Shown: piece after piece, positions 1-11,053 of the stretch
Position numbering within the stretch: the first letter of the stretch is position 1
How the letters are laid out: each line of letters opens with the position of its first letter
Assembly (NCBI GenBank): GCA_002794465.1
Contig: MTSL01000076.1
Coordinates: 1 to 21,250 of the forward strand
Reading direction: 5' to 3'
Length of the DNA stretch: 21,250 bases
DNA from: Paramicrosporidium saccamoebae KSL3
Taxonomy: Eukaryota > Fungi > Cryptomycota
Program-made: the position numbers and the translations under genes
Notes under the pieces: model-generated
Databases searched by the model: none
Seen by the model: the letters and a program-made list of their open reading frames with translations, nothing else
What the model was told of the DNA's origin: nothing

Positions 1-132
1 ATTCCCAAAAGCCATGCTAATCAGTTTTCTACGTCACACCTATATAGACCATCACCCTCAACATACCGGATTAGGGCCGCTGATTGCCAGTAAATGTTAT
101 GAGGTACTAGCTAAATGTACAGAATGGTTTAT

Positions 133-3100
133 TCAGAGTTCTTCATGGGAATCGTCAGTGCTGTCATCAGTTACTTCTGTCTCACGGAGAATCTTGGCCA
201 CCTCTTCATCGTAAGTAGACCATTCGGGGATGATTCTTCGGGCTTGATCCAACTTGGTTTCGTCCTTCCGGAGGGGATTGCTGCACAGATCAATTGACTT
301 GGCCTTTGCCTTGCTTTGATCATCACACCATGTCTCACACCACAGCCATTCACTCGGCAGCGCATGGATTGGCACCTCGTGCTGCAAATTGTTGGGAAGA
401 TCCTGATCCAGGTTTGCGAGTGAAGCAGGGTCAAAAGAAAGCGGCTGATATTGGGCACGGAGACGTTCACCTACGGCCTCGGCACGGAATCGAGCCATGT
501 CCACTAGGAACAGGGCCGAGATGTGGTAGGGAAGACCACGCAAATAGTCCTCCCAATAGCCGCTCTTCCAGAATTGCAACGGAATGCTCTCCCGACGCGA
601 CTCGCAGAACGGCACAAATCCATAAACACAATCTTTCATGTCAGTGCGCGCCAGCTCTGCCACATCACCACGCATCACCTGGTCAGCATCGACATACACG
701 AGCCGTTGTACAGTGTGAGGGAAGGAATCGAGGAAGAGGATCTTGTGGGCCCAGACGCGGCGGTGTTTACGCGATTGCGGGTTTAGCCAGCCGGGCCAAT
801 GGAATCGGTGGAATTCATAGGTAAAGCCCAGGACGCCTGACAGTTTGGAAATGGACTCGCGTAGAGCGGGAGTGATAAAGTTGGCGATAATCCAAAACTT
901 GACGGGTTTGGTAGTGTTTTTACTGACACTGCGCATCATGATCAGCACAAGTCGCTCATAGACAGCCCCCGAGACGATGGTAAACACGTGAACCGTGTCA
1001 TCTTTGGTGGAAGGAAATCTACACAGCGTTAATAGAACTGATTTGGTACAATGAGGGAAGCTTTTGACGACTGAGAATGGATTCGTCGCCCATGGCAACT
1101 TCAACATTGGCGACTGCCATATTAAAGGCGAGACTTGCGAGTGGGACTATTGTAGGAGCTGAAAGTCGCAAATATTCATTTGGCGACACTTGGAGAGTGT
1201 ATAAGCCTGGATCACCATGCAATTGGGTGTATCCAGGAAAAGCCATAGAAACACTGCGATCAACCAGACGGTTATCCAGACGCAGCTCTAATGGAATTCC
1301 TTGCAACCCACGTCCCGAACTGCGCACCACTGCCTCCAAAACCAATCCCCTCAGAATTACTCGTACTGCATCAGCCGGAGAGGTAAGATTATCCATGTCG
1401 GCAGTGTCACTGGCTCCGTCAATATCCCATGCAGAAGGCGTGTTGAGCATCAGTGCATAATGACTGTCGGGGATAATATGAGTAAGGGTGCCGTCAAAGT
1501 GGCGGAACCGGTAAACTCCCTTTGCGGGCAGATCAGTGTACTTTGGCTGCACATTGGGAATGATTATTGCATCAACCATGGTCGCCAATTCCTACAATAA
1601 TCAGACCAATCGGGATAGTACGAGAAGGATTGCAGAAATCTTGGCAGCCTGCACTGAGAATGGGCTGAGAAGTACTTTGATCTGCACCAAAGCCGTCTCA
1701 TTCTCAACCTCAAAGTGGCACACTTTTTCCAGAGGAATGTCCATTACTGTCTTTCCTGTGAACAGATGGGAGTGTTTCTGCATGAGCGCTACAAGATGGC
1801 CAGTGAACAGGGTCATTTGGGTGAGCGCTGACGGCTCACGCTCCAACTCGAAATTGATACGGAGCGCCTGAAGCGTTTCTGTGCGACGCTGCCATTCCGC
1901 TTGCAGCCAAGTGGGAATGTCTGAAACGGCGACGGGAGTAGTGAAAGGACCATAAATGTGTCCGTTAATGGAGACTACAGGACCCTTATCCGCCATTTCA
2001 CATAGATCAGACACAATTTGTGAATTCTCCTCTACCCATCTCTGCAGTTCCGCATTGTCCAAGTCTTGTGGATCGTCTTCGAGACCATCCAATGCAGCTT
2101 CGGGGGTAATCTCTTTTCGATGCAGTTTCCAAAGCAGTTGTGTGTTTGTCGTGGGGGACCCAATTGGAACAATCTTTAAGCGCATTTTGCGGTCCGTTTT
2201 ACCTACCGCCTCCAACCAACTCTGTACCATTTGCACATCTCCTTGTCGATGCATCTCTGCCACCACAACCACTGCGAATGCACAATTGTCAGTGGCTCGG
2301 TCCGAGTAGATCCATTCAGTCCACGGCACCATCTTTTGTGCATAATTTTGTTGCATCGAAAAGATTTCAGAATGGCGCGACTTGAACGTCTTTTCGTCGT
2401 CCAACAGCAAAGACAGATAGTCGGACGAATCGTCAATCTGCTGCGCCATTACAGCCACCTGCAGATTGTAAATTTCCTCCTGGTAAACTTGCATCACTTT
2501 GCGTTGCCACGACTACAGGGTTAGCAGAGATTAGGGGTTACAGTGAGATTGAAATCAATTGTTCTTCCATTGACATATGCGACAATCTCATTGGGAGCTC
2601 CAAACTTGATGGCAAACTTTTTAGCTTCCTCGGCCAACTGAGTCGCCTGGGTCATTTGAATCAGATCGTCCATGTCCAGACCAGTGTTAATCTCCAATTC
2701 GCCCATCACCTCTTCCAACAAGACGGAGGTATCCACCTTTGTTCCCAATTCACGCGCCTTTAAAACCTACAAGATGTATGATTAGATCAACGCGGCTGCG
2801 GTACCCGTTTGAGGAAGGCCACGATGGCGATTCGTCCGTATTGCCGATAGACGGCATATACAGCTGCAGTTAAGGAATCCTCAGCGGCAGTAAGTACTAG
2901 AATCATTTGTACGGGAATCATTTGTCCAACCACCCGTACAATGTCCTCTAACAGACTTGACGCAAAAGAGTCCAAATCCATTACTATGGTCAGTGCCACC
3001 ACATTGCGTGCCAGCGGATAAAACTGTCCCGAGGGCGGTCTCATAAGTGCGCGGAATGTCCGTGGCCATTGTTTATAACGATGGTCCCGACTCAGATCAT

Positions 3101-4187
3101 TGAGTACAATTGCTGTTGAGGTGCGCACGTCGAATCGGAAGGGTGCAACCTGCAACGAACTTGCCATCAGCTGTCGTCCGACCATTTCAAAGTCCTCAAG
3201 CTTGAGCAAAAAACGCTTCACCAACGACTGATATTCTCCCAGAAATTCCAATAGCGTTTGGAGCTCGAAATGGAGTGACTGCACTTCGGCGCCGTTAATG
3301 GAGATGATTGTTTCGGGAAGATTAAAATGCTGGGCCAGCATTGTCGCCTTTTCAATCACCTCTTTTGTTGGTCGAACTGTCGAAAGATGCTTTACCAACA
3401 TGGGCGCATTCTCAGAGATAAAACTCAGCGACTCTAAGGGTTTTGATGAGTCCAGGATGGTCTGCAGTGCTTGCAACCCAAATTGTTCAACATTCTTGGA
3501 ATTGGCCGGATCTTCCAGTCGGTATTGGCCATGTGCAGTGTCCACGGTGATGGGAGTGGGGCCGTACCCCTTCATTTCCAACTCTAATCCGAATCCACCT
3601 AGCTCGGCGTCAGCCGGATCAGGACAGTCTCGATGCACCAAATGACGATACACATAGCGAACCTCACCATCAAGCGCTGCCTTTTTGAGGATTCGGTGGA
3701 ATGGCAGAAATGTCGGGCTGCCGATTTTTGAATAGAGTATCACCATTGAGCCACGATCGCCCAGCATATGACCATACGTGTCTTTTGGATCAGAGGCGTT
3801 TTCCTTAAGGGTTGAAATCGACTTTCCCAAATTCTCCGGATTGCAGACTGATTCGCCTTGGTATACTGCAAACGTTTCACATTCGGGCGCATCATGGGGT
3901 CTCAATTTTTCATGCACAACAATCCTCCCGGAATAGAGGCGATACTTTGCGGCCCTTTCCAACAATTCCTTTTCGGTTGGGGATAATAGGGACGAGGTGG
4001 CTTGGTCGATGGACTCTCCATTGGCAAGCCGTTCCAAAAAGGTCCAAAAGCTGTTCGGGTGCAGTATGGAGAGGAATTCGCTCGTCTCCAGGGACTGGGC
4101 GGAGCAGTAGGAGAGCCAAGGTGCCGTTACCTTGGCCGTCTCCACCACTGATAACAGTACCGACACTGCCACAAAGGAAAATCTCAT
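133..4187 (-). CDS. UGGT: UDP-glucose:glycoprotein glucosyltransferase (GT24), 5 exons, ~1308 aa
   Basis: Exons 4187-2805, 2766-2542, 2512-1622, 1591-1050, 1018-133 join in frame (3927 nt) across GT-AG introns 2767-2804, 2513-2541, 1592-1621, 1019-1049. Signal peptide MRFSFVAVSVLLSVV; GFGLELEMK motif; C-terminal GT24 domain (YER..IMM.SV, KILFLD, YVDADQ, FWKSGYW, YHISAL, NLDQDLPNN, WLWCETWC); ER-retention-like C-terminus HEEL. The ORF track start at 4229 is 14 codons upstream of the likely ATG. Confidence 0.96.
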
Positions 4188-4417
4188 AGCGATGTCCGGC
4201 GTCCAAGTACAATTAAGGGGGCGTCTCAATATTTGCCAAATTAGTACAGATCAGGATCCTAAACCTTTAAATTTGCCACATCTCAGTGTAATCACTATTA
4301 GAGCATCGTTTCGCTTCTATTGGCATTAAAGCCAGGCATATCATCACACTCGGATTTACCATGACTCACAAATGACCATAATGACCCCCTCCTCTGACCA
4401 GGAGTAGTGGGACAAAC

Positions 4418-5584
4418 ATGCATGTTACAGAGGAGGACTCTTTAAACGTTGCGAGCGACTCTACTGCTTTGAGCGAACAGTCAAAGTCGCATTACTCTGA
4501 GCGTGACAAGACGTACTTTTTCTACTATGCCCTGCTGAGTCACCAGCAGAACATGTTGATGGACTCGGTCCGTACCACTGCCTATCATACTGCCATTACG
4601 CAAAATGTCGCTGACTTTGCGGGAAAGGTGGTCCTGGACGTCGGCGCGGGTACAGGAATCTTGTCATTCTTTGCGGCCCAAGCCGGTGCACGTCGGGTGT
4701 ACGCTGTAGAGGCCTCCAATATGGCGGCACATGCCGAGACATTGGTAAAGGCCAATGGTATGCAGACCATCATCAAGGTGGTAAAGGGCAAGATTGAAGA
4801 AATTGAATTGCCCGAAAAGGTGGATGTTATTATTTCCGAGCCCATGGGGGTGCTGCTCGTGCATGAGCGCATGATGGAGACGTTTATCATTGCCCGAGAC
4901 CGATTTCTAAAACCGGCGGGAGCAGTGGTAAAGCCAAACCAAATGTTCCCCTCCACCGGCAGCATCTATATTGCACCCTTCTCGGATGTTGGCTTGTTGG
5001 CAGATGCGATTGGCAAAATTGATTTTTGGGAGAATAAGGAATTTTATGGAGTGGACCTGAGCTCACTCTATGATGCGGCAGCCGTGGGACAAGTCTCCCA
5101 GGCCGTCATTGGCACTGTGGATCCAAAGAGTCTCCTGGCCCCGCCGGCATTGCAGGAATTTGACTTTACCAAGGTCACGGTGGAGGGGATGCGTGAATTT
5201 ACTATTCCGCTCTCCTTCACTGCCACGGCCACTGGCCTGATGCATGGAATTGCTGGCTGGTTCGATGTCATCTTTATGGGCAGTGAGCTGACTAAACAAC
5301 TCACCACCTCTCCCTCCAACGACACCACTCATTGGTATCAGATGCGTTTCATCCTCAATCGTCCCTTTGCCGTCAACCGCGGTCAAAAAGTCACTGGCAC
5401 TCTTCACTTCCAAGCCAACGACCAGCGCTCCCACAATTTGCATCTGAAGCTGCAATTGGTGGGGACGGAGGTGGAAACGGAGGCCTGGTACGCATTGCAT
5501 GACCAGACATATTGGAATCTGAGCGGCACCTCGACGGCATCTCCCGAAAGTCAGGGTATCTATACGCGATTTTTGAATAGCTAA
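4418..5584 (+). CDS. CARM1: Type I protein arginine methyltransferase, CARM1/PRMT4-like catalytic core, 388 aa, no intron seen
   Basis: YF..Y..LS.QQNM..D.VRT helix, VLDVGAGTGILSFFAAQAGA (SAM motif I), AVEAS, double-E loop ISEPMG..L..ERM, HGIAGWFDV and THWYQ loop. QQNM and THWYQ are CARM1-type rather than PRMT1-type. Confidence 0.88.
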   Translation: MHVTEEDSLNVASDSTALSEQSKSHYSERDKTYFFYYALLSHQQNMLMDSVRTTAYHTAITQNVADFAGKVVLDVGAGTGILSFFAAQAGARRVYAVEASNMAAHAETLVKANGMQTIIKVVKGKIEEIELPEKVDVIISEPMGVLLVHERMMETFIIARDRFLKPAGAVVKPNQMFPSTGSIYIAPFSDVGLLADAIGKIDFWENKEFYGVDLSSLYDAAAVGQVSQAVIGTVDPKSLLAPPALQEFDFTKVTVEGMREFTIPLSFTATATGLMHGIAGWFDVIFMGSELTKQLTTSPSNDTTHWYQMRFILNRPFAVNRGQKVTGTLHFQANDQRSHNLHLKLQLVGTEVETEAWYALHDQTYWNLSGTSTASPESQGIYTRFLNS

Positions 5585-5637
5585 GTAGTCAAGTAGCTAA
5601 ATTTTTCTTATTTGGTCAGTATATTGGCGGTCAAGGA

Positions 5638-6882
5638 ATGTTGCTGTGGAATGTAACATTAATCTCCTGGTTAAGTGTCTTGGCGGTGGAAATTGTCCTG
5701 TTGGCCTATGAGAGACCGGAGGAGACGCTGAGATGTCTGCGTTCTCTGGAGACGGCCTTTTATCCAAGTGGAACTGTGATACCGCTAAGTGTCCGGGTGG
5801 ACCGTCACCTCAGTGGAACAGTAAACCAAGGCCTAATCGAGACGATCAGGTCTTTTAACTGGACGCACGGCACAATGAGCATCTTCATCCATCCAGAGCA
5901 TATAGGCTTACAACGCCAATGGCTCTCGGTTGTGGCTACCGACTATACTCTCATTATTGAAGATGACATTGTAGTCAGTCCATTCTATTATTATGCACTC
6001 TCTCATGCTCTAAAGTACAGTCAGCAAAACTTATTGGGCATCAGTCTGCAGCGTCCACAATGGCAAATTGGCGTCAATGAGCATGGACGATTTCGACGTT
6101 TGGATCTACTCTGCGCGCCGCCACTCTACGCGTTCCAGGCCCCATCCACCTGGGGCTTGCTTGTCTTTCCAAAACCATGGAATACACTTTGTAGTACTCA
6201 AGCCATGAGATGGATGGATGGCGCAATCACGACAAAGTGGGCGATTGAGCGTGAATCCGGGCTCATTAGCCCACTAATTGAAGAGTTTTTAGTTGAGCGG
6301 GAAATGAGTATCTTATGGTTTTGGCCTGGGAATCGGACAGTCTTGGCTACTTCTAGGAATGCTATGAGAGGCCACTACGATGACCTGCTATTGGATGATG
6401 AAAGATTTCTGAAGAGGCTAGATCGTTTCGAGCGTCCTTTAAAAGCGTTTAGCCACCTCAGGGTGGCCATGCTTCCTAGCCATTCCAGAGTTACTCCAAT
6501 GTTTCCTAACCATTCCAGAGTTACTCCAATGCTTCCTGATCATTCCAAAGCTACTCTAATGTTTCCTGATCATTCTAAAACTTTTCCAATGTTTTCTGGA
6601 TGCTTTGATCGCATTGAATTTGAGGGAGATTATCCCTCCGTGTGGAGGGGAAAGGATCCTTTGAGATTTGCTGCAGTGATAAGGCATTTACGAAATGTGT
6701 GCCGGATCGCCAAAGTCAACGTTGTGGGAGGCGAGGATGGCTCGGGGGCATTGGACCCAGTCAATTACAATTTTGACTGCAATGTCTATTCTATTCATTC
6801 TATGGGAATTGAGCCTCCCCTTCCGAGCATTAGATGCAATTACACAATCGGTCTATATCCCCATAATACAAGCCCGATATAG
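5638..6882 (+). CDS. Putative GT-A-fold glycosyltransferase of unknown specificity, 414 aa
   Basis: Hydrophobic N-terminus; IVLLAYERP...LRCLRSL; GLQRQWL; LIIEDDIVVSPFYY (EDD metal-binding motif); GISLQRP; STWGLLVFPKPW. Resembles, from memory, an uncharacterised plant/algal glycosyltransferase-like family. Contains an internal 10-aa repeat. Confidence 0.7.
   Translation: MLLWNVTLISWLSVLAVEIVLLAYERPEETLRCLRSLETAFYPSGTVIPLSVRVDRHLSGTVNQGLIETIRSFNWTHGTMSIFIHPEHIGLQRQWLSVVATDYTLIIEDDIVVSPFYYYALSHALKYSQQNLLGISLQRPQWQIGVNEHGRFRRLDLLCAPPLYAFQAPSTWGLLVFPKPWNTLCSTQAMRWMDGAITTKWAIERESGLISPLIEEFLVEREMSILWFWPGNRTVLATSRNAMRGHYDDLLLDDERFLKRLDRFERPLKAFSHLRVAMLPSHSRVTPMFPNHSRVTPMLPDHSKATLMFPDHSKTFPMFSGCFDRIEFEGDYPSVWRGKDPLRFAAVIRHLRNVCRIAKVNVVGGEDGSGALDPVNYNFDCNVYSIHSMGIEPPLPSIRCNYTIGLYPHNTSPI
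6469..6597 (+). repeat. Coding 30-bp tandem repeat, ~4.3 copies (MLPSHSRVTP / MFPNHSRVTP / MLPDHSKATL / MFPDHSKTFP)
   Basis: Units start at 6469, 6499, 6529, 6559 and 6589 (partial); consensus atgyttcctrrycattccararytactcca. Confidence 0.95.
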
Positions 6883-7066
6883 TGGTTGCATCGTGTAGCA
6901 TAAACTATCCGCCACAGGATACAATCTTATCACAGTAGACACCAAGCTGTGCACAATGCGGCACACATCATGGCAATATTCTATAGTATTGACTTTGCGA
7001 GCCAACCAATAAAACAACCTCCTTTATTGGCCACCGCCAAGCCGACTCTGTGCCATCCATCCTTCC

Positions 7067-8131
7067 ATGGCCGAGTTTGGACACGACATAGACATTGACT
7101 CTATCCTGCAGCGGCTCCTCGAAGGTATGACAGTCGCAGTTGCTGACGCATAGTGCGCGGCGGCCGACCGGGAAAGCAGGTGCAGCTGACAGAACAGGAA
7201 ATCCGGTTCCTGTGCGTAAAGTCGCGACAGATATTCCTTGCACAGCCCATCCTGTTGGAGCTGGAAGCCCCCATTAAAATATGCGGTAGCATCAAGGGAG
7301 AGGTTTATAATGGTAGGCGACATCCATGGCCAGTACTACGACCTGCTGCGGCTGTTTGAGTACGGTGGCTTCCCACCAGAGAGCAACTATCTGTTCCTGG
7401 GCGACTATGTGGACCGCGGGAAGCAGTCCCTCGAGACCATCTGCCTGCTGTTGGCGTACAAAATCAAGTATCCCGAAAACTTTTTCATTCTCCGTGGGAA
7501 CCACGAATGCGCCAGCATTAATCGCATCTACGGCTTCTATGACGAATGCAAGCGCCGCTACAATGTGAAGCTGTGGAAGACGTTTACGGATTGCTTCAAC
7601 TGTCTACCGATTGCGGCAATTGTGGACGAAAAGATTTTCTGCATGCATGGCGGTCTGAGTCCGGACCTGCACAGTATGGACCAGATTAGGCGTGTCATGC
7701 GGCCCACAGATGTGCCCGACACGGGACTGTTGTGTGACCTGCTATGGTCAGACCCTGACAAGGATGTCACTGGCTGGAGCGAGAATGAGCGTGGCGTCTC
7801 CTTCACCTTTGGAGGCGACGTGGTGGCGCGTTTCCTGGAGAAGCACGACTTGGACCTCATCTGTCGCGCCCATCAAGTGGTGGAGGATGGCTACGAATTC
7901 TTTGCCCGACGCCAACTGGTGACCCTCTTCTCCGCCCCCAACTACTGCGGAGAATTTGACAATGCGGGGGCAATGATGAGCATTGACGACACGCTAATGT
8001 GTTCGTTCCAAATCTTGAAGCCGTCCGAGAAGAAGCAAAAGTTTTCATATGGAGGGATGAATGTTGGACGTCCGGTGACGCCGCCGCGAAATAACAAGAA
8101 AAAGCAGAAGGATAACAAAGTGACTGTGTAG
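7067..8131 (+). CDS. PPP1C: Serine/threonine protein phosphatase 1 catalytic subunit, 3 exons, 334 aa
   Basis: Exons 7067-7124, 7154-7285, 7317-8131 (1005 nt); introns 7125-7153 and 7286-7316. Reconstructed [31 protein letters not shown]...[17 protein letters not shown]; GDYVDRG, RGNHE, SAPNYC; C-terminal RPVTPPR CDK site. Confidence 0.99.
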
Positions 8132-8268
8132 TGCGTTGTATCAATAAAAGAGATGCGTAACTGTTGATATTATATTGGTTGAGATGTAAAGTATCATGTG
8201 GTGTTGATTTGACCAAGGCTTTTGTAAAGATTCCCTCAATAAGCCTGACTCGCTCATCAACATTTACT

Positions 8269-9102
8269 TTATACATCATTACAGACTTTAACTTTTTCTA
8301 TACGGTTTCCCAAAGAGTCTACCTCATAATCCGATTCGACATAGTCTTCTGAATCAGTGTTTTCCGATTGTGACTCTTCTGATGACGACTCGCAGGCCCG
8401 ATTCCTTTCGTTTTCAAGATACTCATTCTGTTTTTTGATCACTTCGGCGCTATCTTTGCAGGTGGTATAAATGTCCAGTAGCTCTTTGTTCAGTCGCAGA
8501 AACTCTTCACCATAGGAAAACTTGCTCATCACCAGCCGTGCATCGGCCGTCCTTCCACAGATCCACAGTCCCGCCGCCAGAGCTTCGGCACAGTTTAGCT
8601 TCCACGGCCGTCCATAGTTTACAGTATTTGCTGCCACCAAGTACGGCAACAACCGTTCCCCGCCCCGGGGCAGTCGACCAAAGGGCACCGTCTCCAGTTG
8701 CGCCCAGGAACAGTCGACGACGGCAAGACCCGAAGAAATCTGTGCCGTATCAGCGGGGGAGAGGGTACGCACTGCGGAGGGGGTAAGGATGAGTCCGGGG
8801 AACCGGTAGGAAAGTTTAAACTCGGTGAGAATGTCGAGACGGGCGAGTCGACGGCCAGAGCAGCGCTTGGGATCACACTGACCAAAGTCCCACATTCCCA
8901 GTTTAACGCTGGGAGTGATAGGCAGCTCTTCTGCCTCTGCATCCGAGCTGTAAGAGGGGCGGCGCTGTCTGGTCATTTTCCTAATAGTTGATCCCTGGAC
9001 CGACCCTTTCATGCTAATTGAGACATGGTGCGCCAACTCGCTATGTTTAAGGCCCAATAACTCCCATTGGACGCTACGATCTGATGATGAGTCTTGCCCC
9101 AT
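8269..9102 (-). CDS. TSR3: 18S rRNA aminocarboxypropyltransferase Tsr3
   Basis: MWDFGQCDPKRCSGRRL, LSPAD, VVDCSW, RLLPYLVAANTVNYGRPWKLNCAEALAA, FSYGEEFLRLN, acidic tail. Start uncertain (ATG at 9102 or a downstream ATG such as 8976). Confidence 0.95.
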   Translation of the reverse strand: MGQDSSSDRSVQWELLGLKHSELAHHVSISMKGSVQGSTIRKMTRQRRPSYSSDAEAEELPITPSVKLGMWDFGQCDPKRCSGRRLARLDILTEFKLSYRFPGLILTPSAVRTLSPADTAQISSGLAVVDCSWAQLETVPFGRLPRGGERLLPYLVAANTVNYGRPWKLNCAEALAAGLWICGRTADARLVMSKFSYGEEFLRLNKELLDIYTTCKDSAEVIKKQNEYLENERNRACESSSEESQSENTDSEDYVESDYEVDSLGNRIEKVKVCNDV

Positions 9103-9270
9103 AAATGAAGACGATATTTAGTAAAAAGGACTCTCGCTTGAAGTGTCACGATAAGGAGTTCCTGTGCGTAGGCTGTTGTATCGCCACGGGACACTAATAA
9201 TCGACTTGGAAGTACCATTAAGAGCAATCTAACTCGCTTCTATAACTACATTTGCATACACTACAGCCTA

Positions 9271-9594
9271 TCAAAGCTCTTTGTACCATAAATAAAGCTC
9301 CAGATCCGGCATAGCCCGCTGATAAAGTTCGCTTTCTAAAATCTCGTTTACTTGCTCGGGTGGGTCCAATCCCAGTCGTTCGGCCCGCTCCCAACGCATA
9401 CTTCGTGTAATGCCCACACATGGACCATACTTGAAAACCATGTCGAATTGTCGCAAGAGCTCCCGAGCGGCAGCGATATCCGTCTCGGTGAGGGATGAAT
9501 TTTGGTTGTTGACCGTGACATTTTTCGGATCGGCATGACGGAGACGGGTGGTGCGTGTCATTCTAAAATGGCTCTTCTTGGCCGGTGTTGACAT
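9271..9594 (-). CDS. POLD4: DNA polymerase delta subunit 4 (p12/Cdm1-like), 107 aa
   Basis: LLRQFDMVFKYGPCVGITRSMRWERAERLGLDPPEQV matches the p12 signature LRQFD..YGPC.GITR..RW.RA..LGL.PP.EV. Confidence 0.92.
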   Translation of the reverse strand: MSTPAKKSHFRMTRTTRLRHADPKNVTVNNQNSSLTETDIAAARELLRQFDMVFKYGPCVGITRSMRWERAERLGLDPPEQVNEILESELYQRAMPDLELYLWYKEL

Positions 9595-9684
9595 GGCGTA
9601 TCTGTCGTGTGCAGAATAAACAAACGATATTTATATATGTGGCAGCCCTGGGAATTCATGCATGTTGACAATGCTACTACAGCT

Positions 9685-10363
9685 TCAGGAAAATGACTGG
9701 ATGCCTGTGATGGCTCGACCCAAAATGAGTGCATGGATGTCGTGGGTCCCTTCGTATGTATTTACAGCCTCCAGATTCACCATGTGCCTCATGACGTGAT
9801 ATTCGTCGCTGATGCCGTTGCCGCCGAGCATATCTCGACAAGCTCGGGCAATGTCCAGCGCCTTTCCGCAGGAATTCCTTTTGACGATGGAGACCATCTC
9901 TGGCGCCCATTGTCCCTCGTCCTTTAGACGCCCCACTCGCAGGGCGGCCTGGTATCCCAGTGCAATCTCAGTTACCGCATCGGCAAGCTTCTTTTGGAGC
10001 AGCTGGTTGCTAGCCAGTGGTTTGGAAAATTGCTGACGCTGGAGAAGATAGTCGCGGGTGTGCTGGATGCAAAACTCGGCGGCACCAAGAGCGCCCCAGG
10101 CGATTCCGTAGCGTGCATTATTCAGACAGCTGAATGGGCCCTTTAAACCTACAGCATCGGGCAGAATGTTATCCTTTGGCACTTTGACATTGTCCATCAT
10201 AATCATTCCCGTGATGGAAGCTCTTAGTGACAGCTTTCCGTGAATCTCGGGAGCCTCCAGTCCCTAGACACATTAGAGGAGATGTTAGTTGTACTTCCAT
10301 CCCCTTTTCAAGGAGAAAGCCGCGTACTTGTCCGGTCTCATCCTTTGCCCAAACGACAAACAG

Positions 10364-10398
<35 letters not shown>

Positions 10399-11053
10399 CT
10401 CCGCTCAGGAGATAGTGATCATCTTTCAGTATAGCCTTTGTCTCCATACCGTCGGGATCACTGCCATGGTTTGGTTCGGTGAGTCCAAAGCATCCGATTA
10501 ATTCGCCTTTGGCTAGTCGTGGCAAATATTTCTCCTTTTGTTCTGCACTTCCAAAGGCATTGATCGGATGCATTACCAGAGAGGATTGGACACTCATTGC
10601 CGAACGGTATCCACTGTCCACTCTATGGATTGTCAGTATGTTTTTCTGGATGATACCGCTCCACCTCGCGGGCCATGAGACCGTAAGCCACCGAAGAGAC
10701 TCCAGCACATCCGTATCCATCAATGGTGGCTCCCAGCATTCCCAACTCACCCAGCTCCCGCATAATGTTCTTGTCAAATTCTATCGTCAGCGTTAGGTGG
10801 AGCAGTACGTTCATTGCGAAATGCCTTCAGAACCCGGGGGAATAGTTGAGACTGGCAATACTCATGGGCTGATTGACTAACTAATTGTTCCTCCTCGGTC
10901 AGTTGGGCTTGCAAGTTGAGCGGGTCTTGCCAATCAAATTTGACAAACTCTATTGCCATTATAAGCATCAGCAGATGTACTGGAAGACGAATAGCTCCTC
11001 AAAAAAAGTCTCCTGGCCACATGTGATGACGCGACTAATGGCGACATGAACAT
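9685..11053 (-). CDS. GCDH: Glutaryl-CoA dehydrogenase, mitochondrial precursor, 5 exons, 414 aa
   Basis: Exons 11053-10981, 10949-10809, 10780-10657, 10622-10295, 10263-9685 (1245 nt, in frame); introns 10950-10980, 10781-10808, 10623-10656, 10264-10294. [91 protein letters not shown]. Exon 1 encodes a presequence. Confidence 0.97.

Noticed and set aside
14-297. Short + strand ORFs at the window start
   Set aside because: They overlap the UGGT 3' end antisense and have no recognisable motif. A neighbouring gene end cannot be judged from 132 bp.
4404-4430. Possible 27-nt GT-AG intron linking upstream ATGs to CARM1
   Set aside because: A 3n intron cannot bring ATG 4372/4381 into frame, and the in-frame ATG 4361 is closed by TGA at 4373.
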